This document shows positions 26,513-40,259 of a stretch of DNA of 64,000 nt, in pieces. The position numbers were made by a program, and so were the translations under genes. The DNA lies in the NCBI GenBank assembly GCA_021432655.1, contig MU271258.1, positions 29,774 to 93,773 on the forward strand. Reading direction: 5' to 3'. A model generated the notes under the pieces. That model did no database searches and was not told the DNA's origin. It saw only the letters and a program-made list of their open reading frames with translations. Within the stretch, counting starts at the first letter, position 1; each line of letters begins with the position of its first letter. Origin of the DNA: Atractiella rhizophila. Its lineage: Eukaryota.

Positions 26513-27840
26513 ATGGAGGCCATGGACGTTGATGGAGGACCCAGAAGGGGGCATTTTACAGCCAGAAAGTCCTTTCCAACGGGTAGAGGTGCTGGGCATA
26601 CCGGTCGATCGAGTAATAGGTATAATCCCATGGTGCGTGCCTCCTGCAAACATTCTACATCCTGGTTGAATTTTCTGTCGTGTAAAGGGAGGGAGACCAA
26701 ACTTTTCGAGGTCCACATCTTCCACCGCGGATGCGGTTGATAAATGGGATCATGACCTTTTCAGCAGCGGCTCCTCCCTTTATGAGCCAAAATTGAACCC
26801 TACCTCCTTCGCATCTTCCATCAGCCCCTCTCTCCGCCCTTTCGGCAATGCCACTCCTATGGGTAATACCGCTCCGATTCAACGTCCAGTCTCCGCACCT
26901 CCAGTGCCTGCAGTCAAGCAGGAGAAGCAAAAGCCCCTGCTGTCACGTATTCAAGGGCTAGCTCAAGAGAAGGAAAAGAAGGAAAAGAAGGAGGGCGGAG
27001 ACCTATTGACGAGATTAGGAATGGGCGGTGGAAATCAGGTTCGATCGCTGAAGCCTGCTCCACCAGTAACACCGAAATATGTCCAACCCGTGTACTCCAT
27101 GGAACAACCAGTCATTTCTGCCGAACAGGAACGACGCTATCAAGGTGCCAGAGACAAAGAGAAACAGAGGGTTATCAGAGAAGGGCCGTTACTTGTGAAA
27201 GTGGAGAATTTGGTGGAAGGGACAACGGATGAGGACGTGAAGGTTTGTGATTTCACTTGACAGGCACGCGAAGGCCTATCGACGCGAATTACTCGGGGAT
27301 CAGACGGCATTTCAAGACTTTGGTACTATTCTAGATTGCAGAGTGGACCCTCTCACCACCGGAGATCTAATGGCGACAATGGTGTTTGTAGAGAAGAGGA
27401 AGGCGGAGGACGCCGTGAACAGATTGAAGTGCGTGCTCGTCGTTCTGCCTGCGACGATGCCCCTGCTGATGATCTCGTTAGTGGTGCTTTAGCAGACGGA
27501 AGAGTCCTCAATGTCTTCACCGAAAACCTTCCCCAATCTTCAATATTCCATCCCCTTAATCCTAAGAATCCTAGCTACAACGAAGGAATATTTGGCCCAC
27601 GTCCTCAGTCTGCACCTGTCCGGTAAGGACCCTCATGCTTGCTATGCGACGAAGTTCACGAAAATTTGTAGCACTCTTTATTCTGACGAACTCATTGCGG
27701 CGGATCCGCGAGCTTCCATCATGACCAAGCCACAGTCGTTCCAGAAGATCATGGAACCTCGTGCCCCTCAACGTCGTCGAGCGCCAGGAGTCAGGCCGCA
27801 CACAGCGGGAGGAGGAAGTTTGTTAAGCAGAATTGGTTGA
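26513..27840 (+). CDS. RRM-containing RNA-binding protein, copy 1
   Basis: Arg/Gly-rich N-terminus, KWDHDLF motif, RRM (VKVENLVEGTTDEDVK|TAFQDFGTILDC..ATMVF..AEDAVNRL..GALADGRVL) and C-terminal SLLSRIG*. About 4 introns. Confidence 0.8.
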
Positions 27841-28285
27841 CACATGCAACTTTGACTGATTCCAATTCGTCGTGTATTTGCCGATTCACACTTTTATGAC
27901 AAATGGTATCCGTTCTTAGCCTTCTTGATTGGATGGGTAATATCGCAATTACCCCTCCCGGACCTATTGTAGCAATTCGAATCTGGACGTTATTACTGCA
28001 ATACTTTTCCAGCACCACCCCAGTGAGTGCGTCCATTTTTTTTGCCGGGAATCCCAAGATATGAGTCCTTAGCAGCATGAGCGACTGGTAGTACTTCCAA
28101 GCTCTCGCACGCACAGGCAAACACAAGCTCCTGCTGTCTCCACGCCATGGCCCTTCAAGTTATTGAAAGAATTTGATTGATCCATGGTAGCTTATAAGAA
28201 GAACATTTTATTTCGTACTCAACGGTGACCTTGTTCAAGTTTCCAAATCCTTTCACTCCTTTAGCTCAGGCTTCTTCTTGCGCTC

Positions 28286-28911
28286 ATGTTCAACTTCGCC
28301 GCAGTATCGGTCTTCCTCTCTGTGGCTATTGCACAAACGCTGCACGCTTACTCCCCTGATTACCTAGAGGATCTCACCGGTCTGACCTGTCATATTCGTT
28401 TATACGAAGACAATCGCCCAGAGTGTGGTAATCCAGGGGTCAGTTGCGCGGAAGTCGAAGTGGGCAAGCTTTGCCAGCCTTCATACAAATGTAACGAAAC
28501 AGAAATCGCCATCAACTTCCCAGACTTCGAGATTCCGCACAATAACACTGGATGCACGGATGTTTTGTGGCCCGATCAAGGGGCATTCATGATCCCCTGC
28601 AGTGGGACAGAAGTGCGGCGCGTGGGTTCGTCTGGACAGAATTTGATTGCCCAGTGTTGGTGTGATGAGAGCGAGGACAATTGTGATGGTGTGTCGTGCC
28701 TCCGCGTCCAATCCACAAGCAATCATATCTGACAAGTTTGAGGGTAGAGGAAATATGGAGGCCATGGACGTTGATGGAGGACCCAGAAGGGGGCATTTTA
28801 CAGCCAGAAAGTCCTTTCCAACGGGTAGAGGTGCTGGGCATACCGGTCGATCGAGTAATAGGTATAATCCCATGGTGCGTGCCTCCTGCAAACATTCTAC
28901 ATCCTGGTTGA
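28286..28911 (+). pseudogene. Truncated or chimeric copy of the secreted Cys-rich protein gene at the duplication junction
   Basis: Exon 1 and the intron (28689-28747) match the copy at 30528, but exon 2 is replaced after 4 nt by the 5' end of the RRM gene read in another frame. Confidence 0.75.
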
Positions 28912-30082
28912 ATTTTCTGTCGTGTAAAGGGAGGGAGACCAAACTTTTCGAGGTCCACATCTTCCACCGCGGATGCGGTTGATAAATGGGATCATGACCT
29001 TTTCAGCAGCGGCTCCTCCCTTTATGAGCCAAAATTGAACCCTACCTCCTTCGCATCTTCCATCAGCCCCTCTCTCCGCCCTTTCGGCAATGCCACTCCT
29101 ATGGGTAATACCGCTCCGATTCAACGTCCAGTCTCCGCACCTCCAGTGCCTGCAGTCAAGCAGGAGAAGCAAAAGCCCCTGCTGTCACGTATTCAAGGGC
29201 TAGCTCAAGAGAAGGAAAAGAAGGAAAAGAAGGAGGGCGGAGACCTATTGACGAGATTAGGAATGGGCGGTGGAAATCAGGTTCGATCGCTGAAGCCTGC
29301 TCCACCAGTAACACCGAAATATGTCCAACCCGTGTACTCCATGGAACAACCAGTCATTTCTGCCGAACAGGAACGACGCTATCAAGGTGCCAGAGACAAA
29401 GAGAAACAGAGGGTTATCAGAGAAGGGCCGTTACTTGTGAAAGTGGAGAATTTGGTGGAAGGGACAACGGATGAGGACGTGAAGGTTTGTGATTTCACTT
29501 GACAGGCACGCGAAGGCCTATCGACGCGAATTACTCGGGGATCAGACGGCATTTCAAGACTTTGGTACTATTCTAGATTGCAGAGTGGACCCTCTCACCA
29601 CCGGAGATCTAATGGCGACAATGGTGTTTGTAGAGAAGAGGAAGGCGGAGGACGCCGTGAACAGATTGAAGTGCGTGCTCGTCGTTCTGCCTGCGACGAT
29701 GCCCCTGCTGATGATCTCGTTAGTGGTGCTTTAGCAGACGGAAGAGTCCTCAATGTCTTCACCGAAAACCTTCCCCAATCTTCAATATTCCATCCCCTTA
29801 ATCCTAAGAATCCTAGCTACAACGAAGGAATATTTGGCCCACGTCCTCAGTCTGCACCTGTCCGGTAAGGACCCTCATGCTTGCTATGCGACGAAGTTCA
29901 CGAAAATTTGTAGCACTCTTTATTCTGACGAACTCATTGCGGCGGATCCGCGAGCTTCCATCATGACCAAGCCACAGTCGTTCCAGAAGATCATGGAACC
30001 TCGTGCCCCTCAACGTCGTCGAGCGCCAGGAGTCAGGCCGCACACAGCGGGAGGAGGAAGTTTGTTAAGCAGAATTGGTTGA
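28755..30082 (+). CDS. RRM-containing RNA-binding protein, copy 2 (no native promoter)
   Basis: Same sequence as 26513-27840. The duplicated unit starts only 3 nt before the ATG. Confidence 0.65.
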
Positions 30083-30527
30083 CACATGCAACTTTGACTG
30101 ATTCCAATTCGTCGTGTATTTGCCGATTCACACTTTTATGACAAATGGTATCCGTTCTTAGCCTTCTTGATTGGATGGGTAATATCGCAATTACCCCTCC
30201 CGGACCTATTGTAGCAATTCGAATCTGGACGTTATTACTGCAATACTTTTCCAGCACCACCCCAGTGAGTGCGTCCATTTTTTTTGCCGGGAATCCCAAG
30301 ATATGAGTCCTTAGCAGCATGAGCGACTGGTAGTACTTCCAAGCTCTCGCACGCACAGGCAAACACAAGCTCCTGCTGTCTCCACGCCATGGCCCTTCAA
30401 GTTATTGAAAGAATTTGATTGATCCATGGTAGCTTATAAGAAGAACATTTTATTTCGTACTCAACGGTGACCTTGTTCAAGTTTCCAAATCCTTTCACTC
30501 CTTTAGCTCAGGCTTCTTCTTGCGCTC

Positions 30528-31477
30528 ATGTTCAACTTCGCCGCAGTATCGGTCTTCCTCTCTGTGGCTATTGCACAAACGCTGCACGCTTACTCCCCTG
30601 ATTACCTAGAGGATCTCACCGGTCTGACCTGTCATATTCGTTTATACGAAGACAATCGCCCAGAGTGTGGTAATCCAGGGGTCAGTTGCGCGGAAGTCGA
30701 AGTGGGCAAGCTTTGCCAGCCTTCATACAAATGTAACGAAACAGAAATCGCCATCAACTTCCCAGACTTCGAGATTCCGCACAATAACACTGGATGCACG
30801 GATGTTTTGTGGCCCGATCAAGGGGCATTCATGATCCCCTGCAGTGGGACAGAAGTGCGGCGCGTGGGTTCGTCTGGACAGAATTTGATTGCCCAGTGTT
30901 GGTGTGATGAGAGCGAGGACAATTGTGATGGTGTGTCGTGCCTCCGCGTCCAATCCACAAGCAATCATATCTGACAAGTTTGAGGGTAGAGGAGACCTTT
31001 GAGACAGCATATGATTCAGGAACTCCGACTTCTCTCCTCCCGCAATCCGTTCAAGAGGAATTCGCCTGGACGATTCCTACGACAGCAACGGCAGCTCCAA
31101 CTCCAAGCTCTCACCTCATTCCTGGTCAAACCTGCCATGTCCTCCAGACTTGGAACTATACCTACGGTGCAGATAATGAGACATATCACAACATTTACGA
31201 TGAGAAGAGCTGCCGGCCTGCTTACGAGTGCGACCCTGAGCAACTCATCATATTCGATCCAAACCCTTTGGGAGTTCAAGACGATTTTCACAACAATACT
31301 GCATGCAGTTGGATGGATCCCCCTAGAGGACTCGTTCTCTGCAATGGTCTAGACTGGACATTGGGATTGAATCCTGGAGCCTCTTTGAAGTATCGGTGCT
31401 TTTGTTCGGAGAATAACGACGACTGCTCCTGTGTGTATCCTCTTCCAAGTTCTAACACTTCTGACTGCAGCAAATAG
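30528..31477 (+). CDS. Secreted cysteine-rich protein with two related domains
   Basis: Signal-peptide-like MFNFAAVSVFLSVAIA. Intron 30931-30989 joins NCD|EETFETAY in frame. Two Cys-rich domains are separated by a Thr/Pro linker. Confidence 0.85.
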
Positions 31478-31859
31478 CGACGTCGACCGCCTTCAACGAC
31501 ACTACACCCAACCCAGTCGCGAGCTCGGCTTTTTTGTGGAGTTGGACGAGCCAGGCTCCAGTCGTAACTACCGCGCCGTCAGCCACAATACAGTCTCAGT
31601 CTGGCACTTCTGGCACTTCAAGCTCTAAGGTCAATGTCGCTTTAATGAGCGCATTTGTTGCAATAGGGTGGTTCATGCTCGCGACGATAATCGTGCAGTG
31701 ATTGGTACAAGGGCACTTTTGGGTTGAAGCCTTGTCTCATGTAGTATGCACTATTTTGTGGGGTATGATAATCGCTCATTCGTACGGAAGAAATTGCTCT
31801 AATTACTTTTCCAATATATAAAATCGTGCGAAACAATGGACGAGGCACAGACTTAGCGC

Positions 31860-33168
31860 TCATTGAGTTTTTTTATCAGCTTCCCGCTGACGTTTTTTGA
31901 GCGCCCGTTTCCTGATGCTCAATTGTAGGGCTACGCATTCCGCCAAATAAGCGAACCTTGTAAAGTCAGAGAGACAGACAGACGCACATTTGTTCCACCA
32001 CATCCAGAAGGATTCAGTCCCAATGTGGTCCGGTACCCATTGCATAAGAGCATGGGCCCAGAAAGGATTGCTCATGTACGGTTGGCCTGGAGCACCGCCC
32101 GTCTGCCCAATTGATCTCAAGACAGAATCTGAAACGGAGTGAGAACCATAATTGTGACTGGCGAGGTACTTACTAACGTAGACGTCCGGTGTCGGAACAT
32201 CCCATTTAGGCTTCCTGATTTTCGAGAGAGCAGACGTCTGCAAGTCAAAGTTAAGCCTGGTTGCCTGCTGAAATAATACGCACAATAAAACCACCGTTGA
32301 CGAGCTGCACTGTCACTCCCGTACCTTTCAGCTCCTCTCCCAAGGCCTGACTCCAAATCTTCAGAAATCCTTTACTTCCCGCGTAAACAGCCAGCAGGGC
32401 AGCAGGAATGAAAGCCGCGAAGGAGCCCATATTGAGAATCAACCCGCGTTTCCGCTGGACCATGCCTGGAAGGACGTAGCGTGTCACCCGAAGTTGTGCT
32501 TGGATGTTGATATGCACGAAAGCATCTATTTCTGCTTCGGAGAGCTCATAAAAATACCTTGGATAGTCGTATGAGATGCCAACGTTGTTGACCAATACTC
32601 CTACGTCGAGGCTCTCAAGGGAAGCCTTGAGGTTAGAATAGTCTTGCTCGGTTGCTGCAGCAAAATCGACAGAGATTACTTTAGTCTGGACAGAATATTT
32701 GGTCGCTGTTCCGCAATTAGCAGGAACAGTCGACAACCAAGAAAAAGAGCACACAAATTTCTGCTGCAACCTCATCCAGTTTGGATTGACTGCGACTGAC
32801 AAGAACGACATTGAAGCCAGCTTTTGCAAGCTGCTTTGCGAACGACAAGCCAATACCCTGTGTAGCCCCAGTAACGACTAACACCCACCATCAGTCTTTC
32901 GCCTGTCCAGAAAGCAACATTGCGAACCGCTCCAGGCTCCCTTTGTAGCCCCGTATTTTGATAAAGATTGTCCAGGGATGACAAGTGTGTCGAGAAGCAC
33001 TCTCAGGAAAGAGAATGTGCGACTTAAAAGAAAGAGGGAGCCAACAGCTGCCAGACCGTAGGTAAGCAGTGTGAGGGCTTGTCCTAGCACCCAATTTCCT
33101 TAGGACAGTCTAAATCCATGACAGAAAGAGAACACACCCTGAGGTAACAAGGTGTGTATGGCCGCCAT
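31860..33168 (-). CDS. IFA38: Very-long-chain 3-oxoacyl-CoA reductase (SDR family)
   Basis: [12 protein letters not shown](T)[32 protein letters not shown], catalytic YAGSK, SKIRK, and C-terminal [14 protein letters not shown]. Confidence 0.88.
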
Positions 33169-33750
33169 TAGCTTCTTCGAATGGCTCCCTGACAGCTTCC
33201 CCAAAGAACTTACTTCGATGTGTTGTGTTGATTTCACCAGCTCACAGTTGATGAAATAACTCAGATGCGAGATGATGCGAGCAGATGGTTGCGAAACTTC
33301 GGGTCAGAAAAAAAGTGAGCAAGACGACCATCCAGTCAGTCAGTCAGGGTCCCAACTATCAGGGTATCCTTCCTTAGTAGCAAGAAGACGAAATCGCATT
33401 AGCCCGCCATAGGATTTGGCCGGCACTTTATTCTTTGACTTCTCTAAAAAAAGAGGAGAATCCATCGATAGACTGTTGATTTTATCCGGTCTACTTACAA
33501 ACAACCAGTTTTTCTGTCCTTTTTTCCTCGAAATAAGTGCGTATTTCATCTCTTGTCATAGATGGATATGGAGTGATTGTGACCGTTCAGTCTCGCTGGG
33601 TTTCGTTTGCGACGTTCACGCCACCCACTTAATTCGGTTACGTCTGTTACGCCCTGCCCCCGAGTGCGAATCCCGATTCCAGTAGCTCGATTTGTTTAAT
33701 CCCTAAAACCAAAATCCGACTCAAAAATCTCCAACTCCCCAAAGCATCAA

Positions 33751-36700
33751 ATGAGCAAGTCTTCAACCGCAGTTTCTCAACCACAACAAAACCAAGCCAG
33801 CTCAACCTCCGCTATCAACGGAAGCAGCAACCCTTCAGCTTCAGCCACTCCAGCTCCAGCTATCAATTACGCCGCGGCAGCAGCACGGTCGAGTTCGAAT
33901 TCGAATCTTCCCCCTCGACATTCTTATTCGTCCTCTGTTTCGAGCGTAAAGGGAGTACAGCCTCCTCCAGCTACCTCCTCAACCTCAGCTCCAAAGTCTC
34001 AGACGAGCAAATCTAATGGAGCGAACGGAGTTCCGACCTCATCCGGATCAGGGACTCACTCGAGGAAAAGTTCCGTATCTATCAGGGATGCGGCAGGGGT
34101 AGGAGCCTCCAAACCAGTCCCTCAGAGACAAAGTGAGTGTTTAAATTTATCCTGTCATTGTGTTGAGGTGGTGAATTCTGCAGCTTCCACTGTAACGCCT
34201 GTCGAAGGAACAACTTCAGCAGCCACTTCATCAACTGAGAAATCGACTATGTTCGGTTCCATACCTGCGAAACCGGCGAGTGGAAAGCCTGCACCTGCTT
34301 CTGGGACGCACTCGCCGTCATTGAGCTTGTCGACATCGACATCGACGACCGAGAAGAAGCCGGCTTTTGACTTGCATTCCCTGTTTCAAAGCGGCGGGTC
34401 ATCCCCTGCACAAGCGACCACTCCAGCATCATCTGCCCCATTAACAACCCCGCCGAGTGTTTCCGGAGCTCCGTCTCCCAGTGTTAGTCACAGGAAACCA
34501 CCATTGTCCACTTTTGACTCCAATCCTTCGAGAATAAACCATCCGCAAGTTCAACACGGAATGCCTAATCCAATGCAACAACCTGGATTGATGCCTCCTC
34601 AATTTCCAGCCTTATCCACCCAACCACCTTTCCACGGAGCTCCTCCCTTCTACCCAAATGGGCCACATCCGCCTGGGCAGGCACCACAACCAATGGCTCC
34701 CCACCCCCCTATGCAGCATGGTCTTTCTACTAATGCTCGTCCCTGGACTCCCGCAGCTCCACACGCCCAAAGTCCAACGACGAATGGTGCCCCTCCAAAT
34801 CCTTTTGGTGGAATGCCACCCGCTACAACTGCTGGTTTCCCGCAACCTCCACTATCACCAACTGTTCCTCACATGCCTGGGCAGCCTTACTCCCCTAGCG
34901 TTCAACATCCTGGGGTTCCGCCAACAATGACCACCCCAACAATGACAAGCCCTCCTAGCCCGTTTCCACCTCATGCGAAACCTCCCGGTCAACCAAATCA
35001 ACCTCAGAACCAGAATGGCAACAGAGGAGCCCCAAATAGTCCTGCGACCAGCCATCGGGGTGCACCAGGCAGAGCAGGGCCTCCTACTAGTCCGCGTATG
35101 CAGCCCGGCGCTCAAGGACCACCACCACCGCCTGGTGGAGTCCCCCCTCCCCAATATTGGGTGAATTGTTTTTTAAATGAAACACGTGTAAGCTGACTAT
35201 TTGTTAGCCTGGTTATCAGCCATACGGTGTATATCAACCCTACTATCCTCATCCCTTCCCGCCACCAGCTCCGGGTCCTGCTGGTCGACCCCCGAACGTT
35301 CCTGGCGGTCAACCGCCGTCGACTCCGTCGATGAACTGGCAGCCAGCTCCGTCGCCAACTCCTTCGACTCCTTCTGTCGCCAGCAGCCCGATTGTGAAGC
35401 AAAGTTTCAATGCTTCTGCAAGCGAATTCCGTCCATCTGCACCAGCATTCACTCCCTCAAGTCGCCCAAGCAAGGCTATATTGATCAAAGATCCCAAGAC
35501 AGTTGGAATTGTATCCAAAGCCGGTCATTCGAAGAGTGCCAGCTTGGCATCGTCTGGTATTGCCGATGATAGAGCTAAAGACATCGTGAAGGGACAGACT
35601 GTCAAAACAGACGATGTTAAAGCAAAAGAAGAAGCGGATAAGAAGGCGAAGGAGGAGGAGGAAGCGGCAAAGCTCAAAGAGAAAGAGCAGGAGGCGGCTG
35701 CGGCCGCTAAACAGGCTGAGGAGAAAAAGGCGAGGGAGGAGGAGGAGCGGTTGAAGAAGGAGGCGGAGGAGAAGAGGGTCAGGGAGGAGGCAGAAGCTCA
35801 AGAAGCCAAACTGAGAGAAGAAGAATTGAAGAAGAGGAAGGAGGCCGAGGAGGCTGCTAAGGAGGCTGAGCTCAGGGCTGAGGAAGAGAGGAAGGCGAAG
35901 GAGGCAGAAGAGGCGAAGCGGAAAGAAGAGGAGGAGAAGCAACAAAAACTGCAGGCCGAAGAAGCTAGTAACCAACTTAATAAGACGATTCAAGAAGCAA
36001 CTCCTGTTACTGCAAACGATAAGGAGGAGACCGATTCTGCATCACACATTATGGAATCGCCCAAGGCCGAAGCTGCTCCTCTTCGCGGGGTTGCTTCACT
36101 ACCTGCGAAACCCGTCAACGGCAATAGCGAGGAAGGGAACGAGTTGCGCAAGAAACAACGACCAGGTCCTCTCAATCTCGCCAATACGCCTAAAATGGGA
36201 GAAGGTCCAGCTCCGCTGCCCTCCGCTTTAGCCACCGCCAGAAACATCGAGGATCTTAGTGCAGTTGTGTATCCTGAGACTATTCAATCTCCTCGCCCTG
36301 AACTCAACCCAGACCCGGAGGCCGGCAAGTTCCGCTATGATCGGGATTTCTTGTTACAGTTCATGAATGTTTGCAAGGAGAAGCCGGACCAACTCCCGAG
36401 CTTAGAGGCGATCGGAATGGTCGACTCGGACGGCAGCATGCCTCCACCTTCACGAGGTTCTTCTTTCTCAATGGGCGGACCTCCGCCTTTGCCACGACAA
36501 CCTTCTGGTACTATTCCCCAATTGCCTGGCGGTCGCTATTGGCGCCAGGGTTCTACGTCCAGCCAATCTGCAATGGGTATGTTTCAGCATGCTGGTGACG
36601 GCAAAGGTGATCGCTTTGGCTCCCTTGGCCGCACTCCTTCTTTAAGCGGAATGCACGGCCTCCCTCCCCACCAAATGGGACGCTCGTCCACTTTGACTCG

Positions 36701-38867
36701 CACCGCCAGCAGTGGTCAAATGGGACCTGGTGGAATTCCTGCCTCCCCCACACCTAACGCAAGTAGACGAAGCAACCGCGGACAAGGAAGGAAACAAGCT
36801 GCTCCGGTTGCTCCCCCGCCAGGTGAATATGTCGCGCCACTTGCTCACTCCGCGGATGCTTGGGTCCCAGCCATCGCATCGAAAGGTCAAGGACGAGATG
36901 CTGTCGAAGATCCTCAGTCGATTGAAATGGTTCAACGAAAAGTGAAATCATTGCTCAACAAGCTTACTGTTGAACGTTTCGACTCTATTTCAGATCAAAT
37001 CATTGAGTGGGCCAATAAATCAGAAAAGGAAACTGACGGGAGGATTCTTCGCCAAGTCATTGCACTCGTCTTTGAGAAGGCTACTGACGAGGCGGCTTGG
37101 TCGGAAATGTATGCCAGGCTCTGTCGCAAGATGATCGAGCGCATCTCCCCAAACGTTGTCGATGAGGGCATACCTGAACCGAACAACAGAGGCGGCGGTT
37201 TGTTCAGGAAATATCTCCTAAACCGATGTCAAGAAGACTATGAGCGAGGTTGGGCGCAGAAAGAACATACTGCCGCTGCTGCTGCTACCAAGGCAGATGA
37301 GGACAAGGCGAAGCAAGCTGCAAACGAGGAGAATAAAGAGGCGGAAGTTATGTCCGACGAGTATTATGCAGCGCAGAAGGCCAAACGTCAAGGTTTGGGA
37401 CTCGTACGCTTCATCGGAGAACTGTTCAAGCTCCAAATGTTGACGGAGCGCATCATGCATGAGTGTATCAAAAAGCTGCTCTCCAACATCGAAAATCCGG
37501 AAGAAGAAGACATCGAAAGTTTATGCCGCTTTATGACCACTGTCGGCAAGCTGATTGACACGCCTAAAGCACGCGATCACATGAACATATACTTCACGCG
37601 CATGAAGACTCTAAAGGAAAATATGAAACTGTCATCTCGAATACGTTTCATGGTCCAGGTAAGATGCAGCTCTCATCTTTATGTGCACGCTCATCCTTGC
37701 CTTTAGGACGTTATCGATGAACGTGACAACGGTTGGAAAAAGAGAGTTGAAGCTGCTGGTCCCAAGTCTATAGCGCAAATTCATCAGGACGTGAGTATTC
37801 TTAACGATGCTTAGAGTTGATCCTCATCTACTCCTCAGGCTGCCAAAGAGAAAGAAGAGGCTGCTGCTCGGAGTGCCTCAACAGGCAAAGGTCTTCCGCG
37901 AATGTCAGAATCTCTACCTAGGGGAGGATCCCGACGTGGTCAAAATCGTGATTCGTCCTACGGAGGTGTACCTCAGGTGGGCCAAGATGGGTGGACGTCC
38001 GTAGGCACCGTTGTACCTCAGAGGGCCATGGCAGGCGATCTTTCCGGAATGGGCAAAGTCCGGGAAACCACGCTTCCTATCTCTTTCGGCCCAACCGGCG
38101 TCTTCACAAAGGGTGCAAAAACAGGAAGGGGTGGCAAGACTGGCGGCGACGCACCTTCACGTTCTGTTTCCATCACCGGCGGTAATCGATTTGATCTGCT
38201 AGCTGCCGCCGCCGAGCCATCTGCGACGACAGTACGTCGACCAAGTGCAAACGAATCATCGGCATCAGCGCCAGCCATCCGTCAAAAACTCCAGCTCGCA
38301 CCACGGACACTCCCCACTACCGATCCGACTAAATCTGAGCATGGTGAAGAATCAGTTGTCACCACCTCTGAACGGACCCCACAAGTCAACCAATCAATCG
38401 ACAACAGCGTCGCTGAGTTTTTTTCAGTGAAGGACATTCAGGAAGGAGTAGCGAACTTTACTAGTCTCGAGTTGCAGTTTCGGAAGTTCCTGGTGCAGGC
38501 GATGGCAGACAAGGCTCTCACTTCGCGCCAAAGCGATGTCGACCTGTATTGTAAATTGTTGGATGAGCTCTTAAAGGGTGGTGCGGTCACGGGGTCAACA
38601 GTCAAAGAAGGTATGAAACTTCTAATGCCGACATTAGTCGACGTTGCTGTCGATGTTCCGAGTGCGTGGAAGTATACTTCGCAGATCTTCATCGCTGCTG
38701 GCTTTAGCCAAGAGGACGTCAAGGAATTGAGTGAGCTTTTAGAGTCAGAAGGTGAGCATTGTTTCCAATCAACAAACGCCGTGCCAACCATCTGCATTCT
38801 AGATGAGGACGTGGATGAAGCAAAAACCAGCCTGATGGATGCCTTTTCAAAGGCCAAAACTCAATAA
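33751..38867 (+). CDS. TIF4631: Translation initiation factor eIF4G
   Basis: eIF4E-binding motif YDRDFLL and a MIF4G domain (VKSLLNKLTVERFDSI, FEKATDE, LLNRCQEDYE, GLVRFIGELFK, IMHECIKKLL, SSRIRFM), plus a C-terminal MA3-like region. Confidence 0.95.
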
Positions 38868-39328
38868 GTGAACATTCAAGTGGGTGCTTTGAAATTTCCT
38901 TTAAATCTCGAACTGAGTGAGCTCTACAGTTCTGTTGTATTTGTTTCACCTATTCTATGACATACCCGCATCGCTTTTCTAACCCAATTGCAAGATTTCT
39001 CTGCTTCGATTCGTTTTTTTGTTCGATCAGTCTACGTAGACTTTTCATTGTTTATTGCTTCAATCAATCTTCACATCGAAATGAACGCTCGTTCTTTGCA
39101 CAATGTGTTCTCGTTTCTTCATAGAGCAGGCGTAGGCTTGGACGACACATTATCATGAATGCTATGCAACATTGAAATCAAGTCTTCTTAGAGTCACGGA
39201 GTCGTCGTACAAGCTCGACTGACGATTACACGATGACATGTGAACATGTGAACTATCAACCAGACGTCAAAAGCTGTTAAACTTAGATCCTGATCGGAGC
39301 AACTCGTTTGGTGGACGACACGTCGACG

Positions 39329-40054
39329 ATGGAGGGACCATTGAACAGAAACTGGAATCAGGTCGGCGAGCTTGTACCTAGAGAACTAGTAAGCGACGAC
39401 GAATGGGAGGCAGATGAGGCAAGTCGGAAGATACAAGAATGCGTAACACTGAGTGTGCTTCCACAAGGTGACCTTTGTTACTCTGGACATGATGAACTTC
39501 TATCAGAGTAACTTGAGCTCTGACCTGGTGGCCGAACCTCTCCGCCGATCCACGAATTTTCAGCTCTCCGGTATACATGGCGAGGCGCCACTGCTGAGAA
39601 TCGGCAAACAAACGTTTCGAGGACAATGGGAGGAGTTGATTGGTACTGAGATATTGCTAAAACAAGAAGACATCGATGGTTCGTCCAATTCCCTCCAAGC
39701 ACTTTCCAGCTTGAAACTTTAGACGTTTTTGTTTCAGGGTCACTGCTCTTGGGGCCTGTAAGTAAGAGTTCAGATCGCATTCGATTCGTCCCTGTCATTG
39801 TTACGACGAGAGAAGAAACCGCTCTACGGACGCAATCACAAACTACCCATTCCAAAAACGGAGAAGCAGCCGAAGGCACCAAATTGCAAACTGGAGAAGA
39901 CCCAACGCCTAAACGACATCAACGTAAGCAACAGAGCAATCAACTCAAGGATAAAGCCAAGAAAAAGGACGTCCACGCTGGGGTAGACACAATGCAGCCC
40001 GGGTATGAGCATGAGGCTGTAGTTGACGTTCTGACGCCTGCGTCTGAGATGTGA
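39329..40054 (+). CDS. TFIIIC subunit 6 (Tfc7/GTF3C6-like) domain protein
   Basis: Acidic stretch, then VTFVTLD...FQLSGIHGEAPLLRIGKQTFRGQWEELIGTEILL. Two introns. Confidence 0.72.
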
Positions 40055-40259
40055 CAGTATGATTCGGCAATGTATTTCATTATTGCGGCGCGTGGGGAAC
40101 CAGGTGGATTTTTTATGGCAATAATATTACAGTATTTTTTGAGCACCACTAAACAAAGCTGTAAGTATATAACTATTGTGGACACTGTGGAATGGCGGTA
40201 CCTTTTGACGCCGAGACTAAAACTGAAGGCGACAAAAATGTCACTAAGAATAATGTTTG

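Larger units (their letters stand above)
26510..30993. repeat. 2242-bp head-to-tail tandem duplication (26510-28751 and 28752-30993)
   Basis: All ORFs recur at an offset of exactly 2242 with identical translations, and no differences were seen by eye. Confidence 0.97.

Noticed and set aside
35590..35980. Glu/Lys/Ala-rich repetitive stretch
   Set aside because: Ordinary charged helical region of fungal eIF4G.
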